Made by a program: the position numbers and the translations under genes
In this document: piece by piece, positions 21,740 through 33,100 of the stretch
Layout of the letters: each line of letters starts with the position of its first letter
Numbering within the stretch: position 1 is the first letter of the stretch
Assembly (NCBI GenBank): GCA_963833985.1
Contig: CAWIAD010000002.1
Span: 4,288,001 to 4,352,000, forward strand
Length of the DNA stretch: 64,000 bases
Direction of reading: 5' to 3'
Source: an uncultured Planctomycetaceae bacterium
Lineage (GTDB): Bacteria > Planctomycetota > Planctomycetia > Isosphaerales > Isosphaeraceae
Notes under the pieces: model-generated
Told to the model about the DNA's origin: nothing
Database searches by the model: none
Seen by the model: only the letters and a program-made list of their open reading frames with translations

Positions 21740-21892
21740 GGAACCCCCCCGGTGGGCAAGCGCGGGCGGGGCGCGGCCGGCAGCATCACCCAGGGGCGCA
21801 GTCCCGCACTGGCCTCCTTTCTTTTCGTCCGGAGGGTCAGCGTCCCTTGCGTTGCGGATGGCCGGTTCCCGGGCGGGGCCGGCCGGGCCTGC

Positions 21893-22165
21893 TCATTCTG
21901 TGGACTGGGTAAGATCCACGGTGCCGCCGTCGCTCTCCAGGTCCTCGGTCGCCTCGTTCGTCTGGACCTTGCCCGACATGTCCAGGTAAATCTTGTCCTG
22001 CATGATCTCCTGGATCACCATCGTCATCTTGTCCACGCCGCGCCCGTCCACCAGGGCCCGCGCCCCCTGGTTCAGTGCAATCATCCGCTTCTGGATCAAG
22101 GTGGAGAGCTTGAAGCGCCCTCCCACCTTGTTGACAATCTCTTCTTCCTTCAGCTCATCGATCAT
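21893..22165 (-). CDS. rpoZ: RNA polymerase omega subunit
   Basis: [16 protein letters not shown]; lies directly downstream of gmk. Confidence 0.85.
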   Translation of the reverse strand: MIDELKEEEIVNKVGGRFKLSTLIQKRMIALNQGARALVDGRGVDKMTMVIQEIMQDKIYLDMSGKVQTNEATEDLESDGGTVDLTQSTE

Positions 22166-22774
22166 GGCCGATCAACCCTCCACAATGGTTTTCCGAGAGA
22201 ATGCACGCCAGCTCGTCCACCGAGCGATCCAGATCATCGTTGGTCATATGAACATCATAGCAATCTGCCAGCTCGATTTCGCGGCGCGCGCCGCCAGCCG
22301 GCGCTGGATGGATGCCTCGTCGTCGGTGCCCCGCGCCCGCAGACGCTCTTCCAGGACATCCATCCCCGGCGCCCGCACGAACACCAGCAAGGCGCTGGGG
22401 ACCTTCTGCCGGACCTGAATGCCCCCCTGCACGTCGATCACCAGGATCACGCAGGTGCCTTGCTTCAGGGCCTCACGAACCGGCCCGGCCGGCGTCCCGT
22501 AGCTGTGGCCGTGCACCTCGGCCGATTCCAGGAGCTGGTCGCGGATCTGCTCGAACTCGGGCCTCGAGAGAAAGACATAATCCCGGCCGGATTGCTCGCC
22601 GGGACGGGGAGGCCGGGTGGTGGCGGAGACGGAGACCTGGAGCCGCAAGCCCGGCTTTTCAAGCAGGCGCTGGACCAGCGTGCTCTTGCCCGACCCCGAG
22701 GGACCCGAGAGAACGATCAGCCGTCCGGGAAGTTTGGACCAGTCCAGCTCCTGCACCGCGTCCCCCGCCGTCAT
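22155..22774 (-). CDS. gmk: Guanylate kinase (apparent 1-nt deletion near 22287)
   Basis: [34 protein letters not shown]. The C-terminus [10 protein letters not shown]...[11 protein letters not shown] is in a shifted frame. Confidence 0.92.
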
Positions 22775-23660
22775 TCCACGTTCTGAACCAGCTCGCGGAT
22801 CCTCTCGAGCAGGCCCTTGATCTCGACCACGCTCCGGCTGATCTCGACGTCGCTGCCCTTCGAGCCCACGGTGTTGATCTCGCGGCCGATCTCCTGGACC
22901 ACAAACTCGAGCTTGCGCCGGCGCTCTCGGGCTCATCGAGCACCTCGCGAAACTGCACCAGGTGGGCCCGTAGCCGGACGATCTCCTCGGAGATGTCGCT
23001 GCGGTCCGCCAGGACGGCGACCTCGCGGACGAGGTCCCTGGGCTCCACGGTCACTCCTTGGTCCTGCACCAGCGCCCCCACGCGTTCGGCCAGCCGTTTC
23101 TGGTAGGCCTGCACGACCAGCGGCCCGCGCTCGGCGATCCGTCCCAGCTCGCCTTCGATGGCACGCCCCAGGGACGCCAGCTCCTGGCCCATGGCCTGCC
23201 CCTCGCGGGCCCGCGCGGTCTCCAGCTCCCCGAGCGCCACGCTCACGACATGCGCGATCTCCGGCCAGTCGTCCCGCGGATCGGCGGCCGGCGCCCGGAC
23301 CTCGTCCACCACTCCGGGCAGAGACAACAGCCAGCCGTAGGCCAGGCCGCTGATCGCCGCTTCCGAGGCATCTCCCAGGAGGTCGCGAAACTGGTCGCGA
23401 TAGCTCTTCAGCGCCACCATATTCAGCTTGTAGTCGCCGGCCTCGCGGGGCCGGTCGATCCGTACGTTGACCTGCACCGACCCCCGGCGGACCTTCTCAC
23501 GAATGAGCTGCTCCAGGTCCAGCTCGAGCGGCCCGTACGGCTCGCTCAGCTTGCTGGACACCTTGAGATGCCGGTTGTTCACCGTGCGCACTTCCACTTC
23601 GATCGACCGCTTCTGGTCCTGGAAACGGGCAGATCCGAAGCCGGTCATGCTCAGCAGCAA
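22771..23660 (-). CDS. yicC: YicC/YloC family endoribonuclease (apparent 1-nt deletion near 22925)
   Basis: [24 protein letters not shown], then [20 protein letters not shown]...IRELVQNVE* in a shifted frame. Confidence 0.92.
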
Positions 23661-23729
23661 GGCAACCTCATCTCAATAGGGAAAGAGCGTTGAACCGGGA
23701 GCAGCAGGCAGGGAGCAGATCCATCCCCA

Positions 23730-23781
23730 TCGCGAGAGCCTGGCGGTCCGTTGCGAGAGCCTGGCGGTCCGTCGCGAAAGC
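23730..23781. repeat. 21-bp tandem repeat (~2.5 copies) between secG and yicC
   Basis: t(c/t)gcgagagcctggcggtccg twice, plus tcgcgaaagc. Confidence 0.85.
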
Positions 23782-23793
23782 GGACGGGCCAGC

Positions 23794-24255
23794 TCAGGGG
23801 TTCTTGGACGGTGCGTCGGGAGTGAGCGGGAAGTTGGTGCCGCTCGGAATAGCCGGAGCCTTGCCATCGGCGGGCGCCTCGGCAGGCCCCGATGAGCTGG
23901 AGCTGGAGCCGGCACCGGAGGCGGGCGGCTGGGCTCCGCTCTGCGCCTTGCTCTTCGATGACGAGGCCGCCTCCTTGGAGAGCGAGCTGGGCTGATCGGC
24001 CGCCCAGATGGTCGAATTCTGCCGGCCCGTCATGACGACCAGGACCATGGCCATGAGCATCCAGATCGAGGCCGTGACGACCGTGATCCGGGTGAAGGTA
24101 TCGCCGGCCTTGGCGCCGAACGCGCTGGAGCCGCCCATCCCGCCGAAGGCACCCGCCAGGCCGCCGCCCTTGCCGCGCTGGATCAGGATCAGGCAGATCA
24201 GGAAAATGGAGACCAGGACGATCAGGGTGTTGAAGATTGCTGTCAGGACGCCCAC
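23794..24255 (-). CDS. secG: Preprotein translocase subunit SecG
   Basis: [18 protein letters not shown]...FTRIT; follows tpiA. Confidence 0.92.
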   Translation of the reverse strand: MGVLTAIFNTLIVLVSIFLICLILIQRGKGGGLAGAFGGMGGSSAFGAKAGDTFTRITVVTASIWMLMAMVLVVMTGRQNSTIWAADQPSSLSKEAASSSKSKAQSGAQPPASGAGSSSSSSGPAEAPADGKAPAIPSGTNFPLTPDAPSKNP

Positions 24256-24346
24256 AAGTCGAATCCTCTCTGGCTGTTCGGGGAGAATCAGTTGAAATGA
24301 GGCGACACCCCCTGGAGTCGAGCTTACGCTCCAGGCGCGGGTTCGT

Positions 24347-25129
24347 TCAAGGCTTGCCGCGTGCGGTCACTTCCTGGCCGGCCTTGATGATGCCAAGGAA
24401 ATCACCCGCCTTCAGGCTGGCCCCGCCCACCAGCGCGCCGTCGATATCGGGGCAAGACAGGAGCTCTTGCGCGTTGTCCGGCTTGACGCTCCCCCCATAC
24501 TGGACAACCACCCGGGCCGCCGTCGCCTCCCCGAAGGTCTGGGTCAGCCAGCCGCGGATGAAGGCGTGCACGGCCTGGGCCTGCTCGCGCGTGGCCGTCA
24601 AGCCGGTGCCGATCGCCCAGACCGGCTCGTAGGCGAGAACCACCCCGCCCATCTCTTCGGGCGAAAGGCCGGCGAGCGAGCCGGCAAGCTGCTGCTCCAC
24701 CACGGCCTCGGTCTGCTCGGCCAGCCGCTCTTCCTTCGTCTCGCCGACGCAGACGATGGGGATCAGCCGGGCTTCGAGCGCGGCCTTGAGCTTCTTGTTG
24801 ACCTCGTCATTGGTCTCGCCCAGGCCGTGCCTGCGCTCGCTGTGGCCCAGGATCACGTGGGTGCAGCCCACATCCACCAGCATGCTGCCGGAGATCTCAC
24901 CCGTGAACGCGCCGCCGGCTTCCCAAAACATGTCCTGCGCGCCCAGCCCGACAGGAGAGCCCTCCAGGGCGCGATCCACCTGGCCGAGGAACACGAACGG
25001 CGGGCAGACCGCCACGTGAACGTCGGTCGCGGTGCCGAGTCCGGTCTTGATTCCCTCGACCAGGCCGAGTGCCGACTCGGTCGAGCCGGGGTTCATCTTC
25101 CAGTTGCCGGCGATCAGCAAGGTGCGCAT
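24347..25129 (-). CDS. tpiA: Triosephosphate isomerase
   Basis: [36 protein letters not shown]. Confidence 0.97.
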   Translation of the reverse strand: MRTLLIAGNWKMNPGSTESALGLVEGIKTGLGTATDVHVAVCPPFVFLGQVDRALEGSPVGLGAQDMFWEAGGAFTGEISGSMLVDVGCTHVILGHSERRHGLGETNDEVNKKLKAALEARLIPIVCVGETKEERLAEQTEAVVEQQLAGSLAGLSPEEMGGVVLAYEPVWAIGTGLTATREQAQAVHAFIRGWLTQTFGEATAARVVVQYGGSVKPDNAQELLSCPDIDGALVGGASLKAGDFLGIIKAGQEVTARGKP

Positions 25130-26166
25130 GACACCGTTTCTCCTTCGGGAACGTTGATCGTCTTGTCCAGCACAAGGGCAAGTTGCCGCAGACTTTTCAT
25201 GAGGACGGCGTACTGCTCCGGGAGCAGCGCCTGGGGCCCGTCGGAGAGCGCCTTCTCGGGGCAGGAGTGAACCTCGACGTGCACCCCGTCGCTGCCGGCG
25301 GCGACGGCCGCCCGGGCCATGGCCGGAATCAGGTCGGGCCGGCCGGTGGCGTGGCTGGGATCCACAATGATCGGCAGGTGCGACAGCGCCTTGACGTTGG
25401 GCACGATCGACAGGTCCAGCGTGTTCCGCGTCGAATCCTCGAAAGTGCGGATGCCCCGCTCGCAGAGGATGACCTGGCGGTTGCCCTGCGCCAGGATGTA
25501 CTCCGCCGACATCAGCAGGTCCTTCACCGTGGCGCTGATGCCGCGCTTCAGCAGCACCGGCAGCCGCGTCCGGCCCACCTCCTTGAGCAGGTCAAAGTTC
25601 TGCATGTTGCGGGCGCCGATCTGGAAGATGTCGGCGTAGCGTTCCACCAGCTCAACCTGCCGCGGGTCCATGACCTCGGTGACCACCGGCATGCCGAAGT
25701 GCTCGCCGGCGGCCTGAAGCATCCGCAGTCCGTCCTCGCCCAGCCCCTGGAAACTGTAGGGGCTGGTGCGCGGCTTGAACGCGCCGCCGCGCAGGATGTT
25801 TGCGCCAGCTTCCTTCACCAGCCCGGCCAGCTCGAAGAGCAAGGGCTCGCTCTCGATGGCGCACGGGCCGGCGATCATCGCCAGGTACCCGCCGCCAATC
25901 TTCACCCCCTTGACCTCGATCACCAGGTCCTCGCGGTGGAACTCCCGGCTCGCCAGCTTGAACGGCTTGAGGATCGGCACGACCTGCTCGACCCCCGGAA
26001 TGGCCTGTAAGGGCTGCACTTGCAGCTTCTCCTCGTCGCCGATGACCCCGATGATCGTGCGCGATACTCCCTGGCTGAGGTGCGGCGTCAGGCCCAGGGC
26101 CTCGATCCGCTCGAGCACGTGCTTGAGCACGTCGGGCGTGGAATGCGGCTTGAGTACGATGATCAT
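25114..26166 (-). CDS. aroF: DAHP synthase, type I-beta
   Basis: N-terminal ferredoxin-like domain starting [44 protein letters not shown]. Confidence 0.93.
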   Translation of the reverse strand: MIIVLKPHSTPDVLKHVLERIEALGLTPHLSQGVSRTIIGVIGDEEKLQVQPLQAIPGVEQVVPILKPFKLASREFHREDLVIEVKGVKIGGGYLAMIAGPCAIESEPLLFELAGLVKEAGANILRGGAFKPRTSPYSFQGLGEDGLRMLQAAGEHFGMPVVTEVMDPRQVELVERYADIFQIGARNMQNFDLLKEVGRTRLPVLLKRGISATVKDLLMSAEYILAQGNRQVILCERGIRTFEDSTRNTLDLSIVPNVKALSHLPIIVDPSHATGRPDLIPAMARAAVAAGSDGVHVEVHSCPEKALSDGPQALLPEQYAVLMKSLRQLALVLDKTINVPEGETVSCAPC

Positions 26167-26434
26167 CGGCGGTCTCGCTTCGGGTTCCTCGCTCGCCGCC
26201 CGGCACCTCGCCGTGCAATACCAGACATCGGCAGCGGGTAGATTGGCCCCAGGCGGGCTATCGGTGAGAATCACACAGTCTAATCGATCAGTCTGGCCGC
26301 GTGAAGCGATTCCAGGCCAAAAAGGGGCCGAGGCCCTGCGAGGATTCGGATTCCCGGATCGACCACTCCTGCTGGCCGGTGATACAATGAGGCCCGAGAC
26401 AGTACTTTCAGTCAATTGAACTCCGGGTCCCGCC

Positions 26435-26656
26435 ATGTCATCGATGTCCCAGGAAATTCTTGAAAAGGCTCTTGTCCTACCAGCGGAGGAGCGCGCTCAA
26501 CTCGTTGAATCCCTGCTTGCAAGCTTTGACAGGCCTGATTCCGTGATCGACAACCTGTGGGGCCGAGAGGCCGAGAACCGTCTGGAAGCCTACGATGCGG
26601 GCCAGATGAAGGCGTACCCGGCAGATGAGGTCTTCCGGGAGTTCAAGGATCTGTGA
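26435..26656 (+). CDS. Addiction module antitoxin
   Basis: [18 protein letters not shown]...W..EAENRL; its stop overlaps the toxin start (GTGA). Confidence 0.85.
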   Translation: MSSMSQEILEKALVLPAEERAQLVESLLASFDRPDSVIDNLWGREAENRLEAYDAGQMKAYPADEVFREFKDL

Positions 26657-26943
26657 ATGTCAGGTTTCTTGAAGCCGCCAGAAACGATCTCCGAGACGCG
26701 ATTCGCTTCTACGAGGGCCAGCGTCCCGGTCTCGGCCGCGAGTTTCGCGATGAAATCCTGGCCGCCATTGACCGCATCACAAAGCTGCCGGAAGCGTGGC
26801 GTTCGTTGAGTCAGAACACCAGACGTTGCCGGACCCATCGGTTTCCCTACGGCGTGATCTACCAGACCCGCGGCCATGAGATCCTCATCGTTGCCATCGC
26901 CCATCTACATAGAGAGCCCGGCTACTGGACTGATCGCCTCTGA
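26653..26943 (+). CDS. RelE/ParE family toxin
   Basis: FYEGQRPGLG.EF, RFPYGVIY, IVAIAHLHREPGYW. Confidence 0.88.
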   Translation: MNVRFLEAARNDLRDAIRFYEGQRPGLGREFRDEILAAIDRITKLPEAWRSLSQNTRRCRTHRFPYGVIYQTRGHEILIVAIAHLHREPGYWTDRL

Positions 26944-27020
26944 GAACACTCGGGCTCGCCTTGTGACCGACGAACCCAGGACGTTTGTCTGAGATCCTGA
27001 CCATTCCTGGGGTGCAATGT

Positions 27021-28391
27021 ATGACGCACGGTTTCCATCGTCGCCGGTTTTTCGAGCATTGCGCGGCCGGAGTCGCTATCGGGGCGGCCGCGACAAGCGG
27101 TGCTCGCGCCCAGTCCGGTCATCCCAGAATCGCCGCGCTGGCAAGCACCTACTTCTACCTCTCGCACGCTTACCACATCGTCGGCCGGTTCCTGGACGGA
27201 TTCGTGCTCTACCACGCAGGCGCGAACCCCGCGGACCCGTTCGGCACGCTGCACCGGCCCCCCTTCGAGATCGCCAGCATGTACATCGAGCAAGCGCCGG
27301 AGGCCACCGACCTGGGCCGGGCGAAGGCACGGCAGTACGGCGTCCGGCTGTCTCCGACCATCGCCGATGCCCTCACGCTGGGCACCGGCACGCTGGCCGT
27401 CGACGCCGTGCTGCTGATCGCCGAGCACGGCGATTACCCGCTCAACGACCGGCTGCAAAAGCTCTACCCCCGCGGCAAGTACTTCCGCCAGGTGCTCGAC
27501 GTCTTTCGTGCCTCCGGCCGCGCCGCGCCCGTCTTCATTGACAAGCACCTCTCGTACAGCCGGGGCGAGGCCCTGCAAATGGCGGCAGCGGCCCGCGAGC
27601 TGAAGGTGCCGCTCATGGCCGGATCGAGCTTGCCGGTCACCTGGCGCCTGCCCCCGCTGGAGCTTCCCCTGGGCTGCGACGTCACGGGCATCCTCGTCGC
27701 CTCGCGTGGCAACCTCAAGATCTTCGGCTTGCACGCGCTGGAGACCCTTCAGTGCATGGCCGAAAGGCGCAACCGCCAGGGCAAGCCGCAAGGCGTGACC
27801 TCGGTGACCTACCTGGAGGGCGACGCCGTCTGGCGGGCCGGCGACGCGGGGGCCTGGTCCTGGGAGCTGCTGCGCCACGCCCTGGCCCGCAGCCACACCG
27901 TGAACCCCGGCGATATCCGCCGGAACACCGCCGACTTCGCCCAGCCCGCGGTCCGCGACGCGGCCACCATTTTCAATCGTCCGTCCGCCTTCATGGTCCA
28001 GTACGCCGACGGCCTGCGCGGCACCGCGCTGATCCTCAACGGCCACGTGGACGACACCACCGTCGCGGTCCGCCTGCGCGACCCGTCCGCGCCGGGCGGC
28101 AGCACCATTGCCTCCACGCTCATGTACCTGCCCGCCCCGCCCGGTGCGCGGTTCTTCGATCCGCTGGTACTGCGCATCGAGGACTTCTTCCGCACCGGCC
28201 GGCCCCCCTACCCCGTCGAGCGCACGCTCCTCTCCGGCGGCATCCTCGACGCCGCGCTCGAGAGCCGGGTGCAGGGCTGCCGCCCCGTCGCCACGCCCGA
28301 GCTGGCCGCCATCGACTACGCCGCCCCCGCCGACTCCGGCTTCATCCGCACCCCCTTGACCTCACCGCTCCCCGGCCGCGCGGGCCATTGA
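27021..28391 (+). CDS. Tat-exported hypothetical protein (possibly oxidoreductase-like)
   Basis: Twin-arginine signal HRRRFF; DAVLLIAEHGDYP, VFIDKHL, MAGSSLPV. Confidence 0.7.
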   Translation: MTHGFHRRRFFEHCAAGVAIGAAATSGARAQSGHPRIAALASTYFYLSHAYHIVGRFLDGFVLYHAGANPADPFGTLHRPPFEIASMYIEQAPEATDLGRAKARQYGVRLSPTIADALTLGTGTLAVDAVLLIAEHGDYPLNDRLQKLYPRGKYFRQVLDVFRASGRAAPVFIDKHLSYSRGEALQMAAAARELKVPLMAGSSLPVTWRLPPLELPLGCDVTGILVASRGNLKIFGLHALETLQCMAERRNRQGKPQGVTSVTYLEGDAVWRAGDAGAWSWELLRHALARSHTVNPGDIRRNTADFAQPAVRDAATIFNRPSAFMVQYADGLRGTALILNGHVDDTTVAVRLRDPSAPGGSTIASTLMYLPAPPGARFFDPLVLRIEDFFRTGRPPYPVERTLLSGGILDAALESRVQGCRPVATPELAAIDYAAPADSGFIRTPLTSPLPGRAGH

Positions 28392-28465
28392 GCTCCAAGG
28401 GGAAAACGGATTGGCCAGCGGTGCTCGCGGATCCGCGCAGTCTTTCACGGGTTCAGGCGGTCAAC

Positions 28466-28511
28466 AAAAAAACCGCCCGCGCGCGGCTTGTGATGCCGGC
28501 ACGAGCGGTTT
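28466..28511 (-). terminator. Intrinsic terminator ending the pilin cluster (possibly bidirectional)
   Basis: Minus strand AAACCGCTCGTGCCGGC-loop-GCCGCGCGCGGGCGG followed by T7, between convergent genes. Confidence 0.7.
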
Positions 28512-28574
28512 GTTCCGTCGTCAGAGGATGGGCAGGTCCGCTCAGCTCTGTTGAGCCCGGCGCGAGGCCGGGCT

Positions 28575-29882
28575 TTACTGGTTGATGAACGAATCCTGGT
28601 CCACGGTGAGCTGCTTGTACGGCAGGGGGAGCCGGGTGCCCGCCGGGGTGATGATCTTGGAATAGACGGTGCCGTCGATCGTGTTGTTGATGAACCGGAC
28701 CGAGCCGTCGCAGAAGCCGTAGTTGCTGCCCTGCGGGTGGCCGCTGTTGACCATGGGGAAGGTGCCCTTGATGGTCAGGACCGTGCCGTAGCCGATGTTC
28801 TCGTCGTCGCCCTGCTTGTTGGCATACTGCCAGGCGGGGATGTCAATCAGGGGAGTGTAGTTCGCCGCGGTGCCGAAGGTGTTCACGCAGATGCCCGAGC
28901 CCGGCCCGCAGACGTCATCCGAAGCGATGAACATGCAGAAGTTCGGGTACGGGACGGCCCAGCTCGTGGGGAAGCCCCCGGAGTAAGGCACGCCGGTGGA
29001 GTAGCCCACCAGGGTGCTCTCGCCCAGCAGGATGGTCGAGCCAGTGCCGTCGACGATCGAGCTGAGCGTCGTCTTGTTGGCGCCCCATTGCGGCGAGCGT
29101 CCGTTCATCGAGGCCGGGATGTTCGTGGCGTCAGTGGGGAACTGGTTGTCATATACCGAGTTCAGGAACATGACGCCCATCTTCGTACCCACGCCCTGGT
29201 CGAAGACGGGGCTGGGGGGCGTGCCGCCCGGGTCCCAGGTCAGGGCGCTGCCCGAGCCGCCACCGCTGGGGCCGGCCAGTCCGTCGGCCTTGAAACCGTT
29301 CCACTGCAAGGGCGCCGCGGGGAAGCGGACGAAGCCGCCGTTGACCACGTAGCTGAGGTTGCCCTCGTTCGTGGTGAAGTTGTTGTCGTCCGGGCAGCGG
29401 AGGATGCCCAGCGACTTCTGCAAGAGGCCGTTGGGAATCGTCGAGTTGTCATTCGCGGCGAGGTTGATCGTCGCCCAGAACGGCAGGTGCTTGGTCCAGT
29501 TGTTGGCGATGTCCTGCTGGTCCAGGTCACTGGCGATGTCGATCATCCAGCTATACGCCGCGCGGTTGTAGACGTATTGCGTGATGCCGGTGGTGGAGGT
29601 GCCCTGGGCCTGGTACAGCACGGAGGCCGTGGGAATCGGGTTGGTGAGGGTGGCCGGATCCTCGAAGAACGTGCCGGCGGCCGGGTAGGCGTTCTTGCGG
29701 CCGGCGAACGAGTTCAGCGCCAGGACGAGCTGGCGCATGTTGTTCTGGCACTGGGCGCGGCGGCCTGCTTCGCGGGCCGAGTTGATGGCGGGCAAGAGGA
29801 GCCCGACGAGCACGCCGATGATGCTGATCACCACCAGCAGCTCGATGAGGGTGAAACCTCGGCGAAGACGACGGCGAGTCAT
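28575..29882 (-). CDS. DUF1559-family prepilin-type protein
   Basis: [19 protein letters not shown]...[35 protein letters not shown], and H-X9-DG ([16 protein letters not shown]). Confidence 0.92.
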   Translation of the reverse strand: MTRRRLRRGFTLIELLVVISIIGVLVGLLLPAINSAREAGRRAQCQNNMRQLVLALNSFAGRKNAYPAAGTFFEDPATLTNPIPTASVLYQAQGTSTTGITQYVYNRAAYSWMIDIASDLDQQDIANNWTKHLPFWATINLAANDNSTIPNGLLQKSLGILRCPDDNNFTTNEGNLSYVVNGGFVRFPAAPLQWNGFKADGLAGPSGGGSGSALTWDPGGTPPSPVFDQGVGTKMGVMFLNSVYDNQFPTDATNIPASMNGRSPQWGANKTTLSSIVDGTGSTILLGESTLVGYSTGVPYSGGFPTSWAVPYPNFCMFIASDDVCGPGSGICVNTFGTAANYTPLIDIPAWQYANKQGDDENIGYGTVLTIKGTFPMVNSGHPQGSNYGFCDGSVRFINNTIDGTVYSKIITPAGTRLPLPYKQLTVDQDSFINQ

Positions 29883-30087
29883 GAGCGGTCCTTTCCAGAG
29901 TTTGACGACGGGAACAGTTCGAATTCTATCAGCGTATCGCCGCTACAGACAATACGTTCACGTATCGGGCCTTGGGACGCGCTGCGCCCACCGGCTACGC
30001 GGGCGTGGCTCCAGGTCATGGCTCGCAGGCACCTCCCAGGGTGAGCTCAGCAGGGTGCAATCCACCGTTTCCAGGGACGATGCATGC

Positions 30088-30117
30088 GGTGGGTTGCGCT
30101 CCGCTGACCCACCCTAC
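30088..30117 (-). repeat. GTAG-type REP-like palindrome
   Basis: GTAGGGTGGGTCAGCG-GAG-CGCAACCCACC on the minus strand. Confidence 0.7.
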
Positions 30118-30179
30118 GAAAGAGCACCACAATCAGGGCCACTCGGTGACTCTTCGAATCCCTCCTCGGAAAAGCGTCA

Positions 30180-33100
30180 TTATTCGATGGTCTGGCGGTA
30201 GACGACCGCCGGCCGGAAGCTGCCGATGACGTTCGGGTCGTAGCCGGTGAGCTGGAGCCGGTCAACCAGGAAGAAGCCGCGGTAGCGGGTGGTCTGCCCG
30301 ACCGACGAGCCGACCTCCGCCCCGAGGATGTCATACGCCAGGGCCATGGCCGGAGTCCCCGCGGCGACGCCCGCCATCTGCAAGTCGCCCTGCCGCTTCA
30401 CCTCGAAGAAGCCGACGGTGATCCAGACCGCGTACTGGTGCGTGCGCACGGTGGTCAGGTTCATCGCCTTCTGCAACATCTCGGTGCGGAAGTAGGGGTG
30501 CTGCCTCTGGTCGATGACCGCCGGAGCGTAGTTCGGCCCGCCCGGCTTCAAGTTCACGCTCGTGCTCATTCCCAGGTACGGTTTCGGCGTGGGTGGAGTG
30601 GCGACAGGCGGCGAGGGCGCTGTGCCGCTTGGCACCCAGAACAGGTTCACGACGCCGTCATTGACAGTGAAGGATGTGCCGCCAACCAGGAACTGCGGCA
30701 GGCCGCCGGTCTGCACAGGTGCCGTGACGGGCACCAGGTTGTTGATGTACGGGTCACCGGTCTCGCTGGCGTTGCTGACCGCGCCGCCCGAGGCTGGGAT
30801 GCCGTCCGGCGGCTGGAACAACCGCCGCACCGGGATCGCCGGCGGCACCTGGAGCTGCGTCATCGGGTTGCTCTGCGGAGTGCTGCCCGCCGGAGTCGCA
30901 CTCAGGTTGGTCGCGTAGCCCTGGTACAGCGACGGGTTCCGTACGCCGGGGTCGCCGATGTAATTGCCCGTGTAGCCGGTGGGCGGCCACGCGGGCGTGG
31001 GCGGAGTGGTCGGCGTGGGCGGGTCTGTGTAGAGCGACGGTGGCAACTGCGCTGGCCGCATGACGGTGTAGTTGATGTCCGGGTAAGACAGCGAATGGAA
31101 CGGCCGGTCGGCCGGGATCGCGAAGGTGTTCCCGGCGATCGCCGGATAGGCCGGCGAGGTTTGCACGCTGTAGCTCTGCCCGGTGGCGCCGCTGCCATGT
31201 CCGAAGAGGAAGCCCGAGCCGCCGTGCCGCAGCGACAGGAACTGCGCGAACGAGGCCTTCATCCGGTTACCGAGCAATCCCGAAAGCCGGTCATTGGCCA
31301 GTACGCCAATGTTGTTCATGGCGTAGGCCGACGCCGGCGCACCGGTGGCCAGGGTGGATGTGACCACGAGCGGGAGCGGCGATGTGCCGGCAGCCAGAGG
31401 TAGGGGCGATGTCGTGGAGGTCCAGGACGCCCCGGTGATCCCGTTCGGGAAAACCATGTTCTGAAGCTGGTCGAAGCTCAGGAGCTGCTGGTTGAAGTTC
31501 TGGTCCTGGCTGCCGAAGACGCTGAAGAAGACCTCCTCGTCGATGATCAGGTTCAGGTTGACGAGCCCCGGCTTGATGTCCTGCCGCAGCCAGTCGAAGT
31601 TCGTGCCCTGGGCCACCGGGCTGATGGCGCCGATCATCTGGTTGGGCACCTCGAAGAACTCGAACATCTTGAACCAGCCGTCGCCCGTGGCATCCCCGAA
31701 GAGCGAGGTGGTCGCGGACGTCGGCGAGGCCCCGGTGTAGAAGAACTTGTCCACCAGGTACGGGAAGCTATGGGGCGAGAGCGGGCTTGTCGAGCTCACT
31801 CCGCTCACGGTGTTGAACGCGTTGGAGGCCGTCGCCGGCGCAGCGGGCAGCTTCTTGAGAGTGGCCGCCGTGACGGTGCTGGGCAACGGCGTGACCAGGC
31901 TGAAGGTGCTGGTCACGTTCGCGGACGAGGGGGCGAACTCGGCGAACTGCTTGGTGAACAGACCCGGCGGGCAGCCGGGCACCATCAGGAGCTCGGCCAC
32001 ACTCGTGAAGTCGCGGTCGTTGAACGGGAACAGGTCCCACGGCTCCAGCAGATAGGGCGGCGTCGAGGGCGGACCGGCTGTCCCGAGGAACGCGCCCCCC
32101 GCGGTGTTCGCCGCATCATTGGGCCCGCCCAGGGTATGGTAGAAGTACTTTGCCGGCCCGGTGATCTGCAGACCTGCCGCCTGGCCGTAATTGGCCACCG
32201 TGGTGGTCGGCACGGCGATCTGCTCGGTGTACCCGTAACGGGGATCGAGTGCGCCGGCCACACCAGGCATGGGCACGGCATGACCCCCGCGGAACGGCTG
32301 GAGCCGCTGGTACGACATGATGTAGTTGGTGCCGACCGTGGGAGGAGTGCCCGGCTTGCCTCCGCTCTCAACGAACGGAAACCTCATGGCGTCCACGACG
32401 ATCATCGGGTTGGTGGCCGAGACGGCCGCGAACGGGTTGGCCGGTCGGCGCAGGCAGACCCAGAAAAACATGCCATTACCGGAGCCGGGGCCTGGCCCAA
32501 GACCGTTGAGGATCTTCTTCGGGTAGGTGGTCGGCGGTGTGCCGCCGTAAGTGGGAGGCGGCAGCACGCCGGCCGGAACGGTGCCGGAAGGGACGCCGGC
32601 ACTCACCGGGTCCCACGTGGCGTTGAAGGTGTAGGTCGGTGTGTAGGGCTTGTTCTCCGCGTTCGCGGGCATCGGGTTGCCGAAGGTCGTGAAATAGTAG
32701 GGAGCCAGCGGGTTGTCGGGACCGGGTGCAGCGAAGTAGCCGACGAAGAGGTTTGCCAGGGTCGCGGCGCCGCCCGGCGGCATGGCCTGCGGCAGCGGGA
32801 AGAGCACCGGGTCGCCCGCGGGCGTCAGCGGGTTGGCGTAGGTCGGGTTGATCGCGCCAGCCGCGGCCGAAGAGAGCGGTAGCAGGCCGTAGTAGTTGCC
32901 GCCCGGCTGCAACATGCCCGTGATGGGGTCGGGCCGGCTCTGTGGCAGGTCATCGGTGAAGATCAGGTCCCAGCAGCCGCCGTCCCACGGCGTGGCGGCA
33001 CCGGTGGACTGGAAGCCGGCCAGGTCCAGCACGCTGGCGTTGTTCGAGCCGTTGCCCAGGCCCGCCACTGTGGTCGTGCCCAGCTCGGGCGAGGTGAGCA

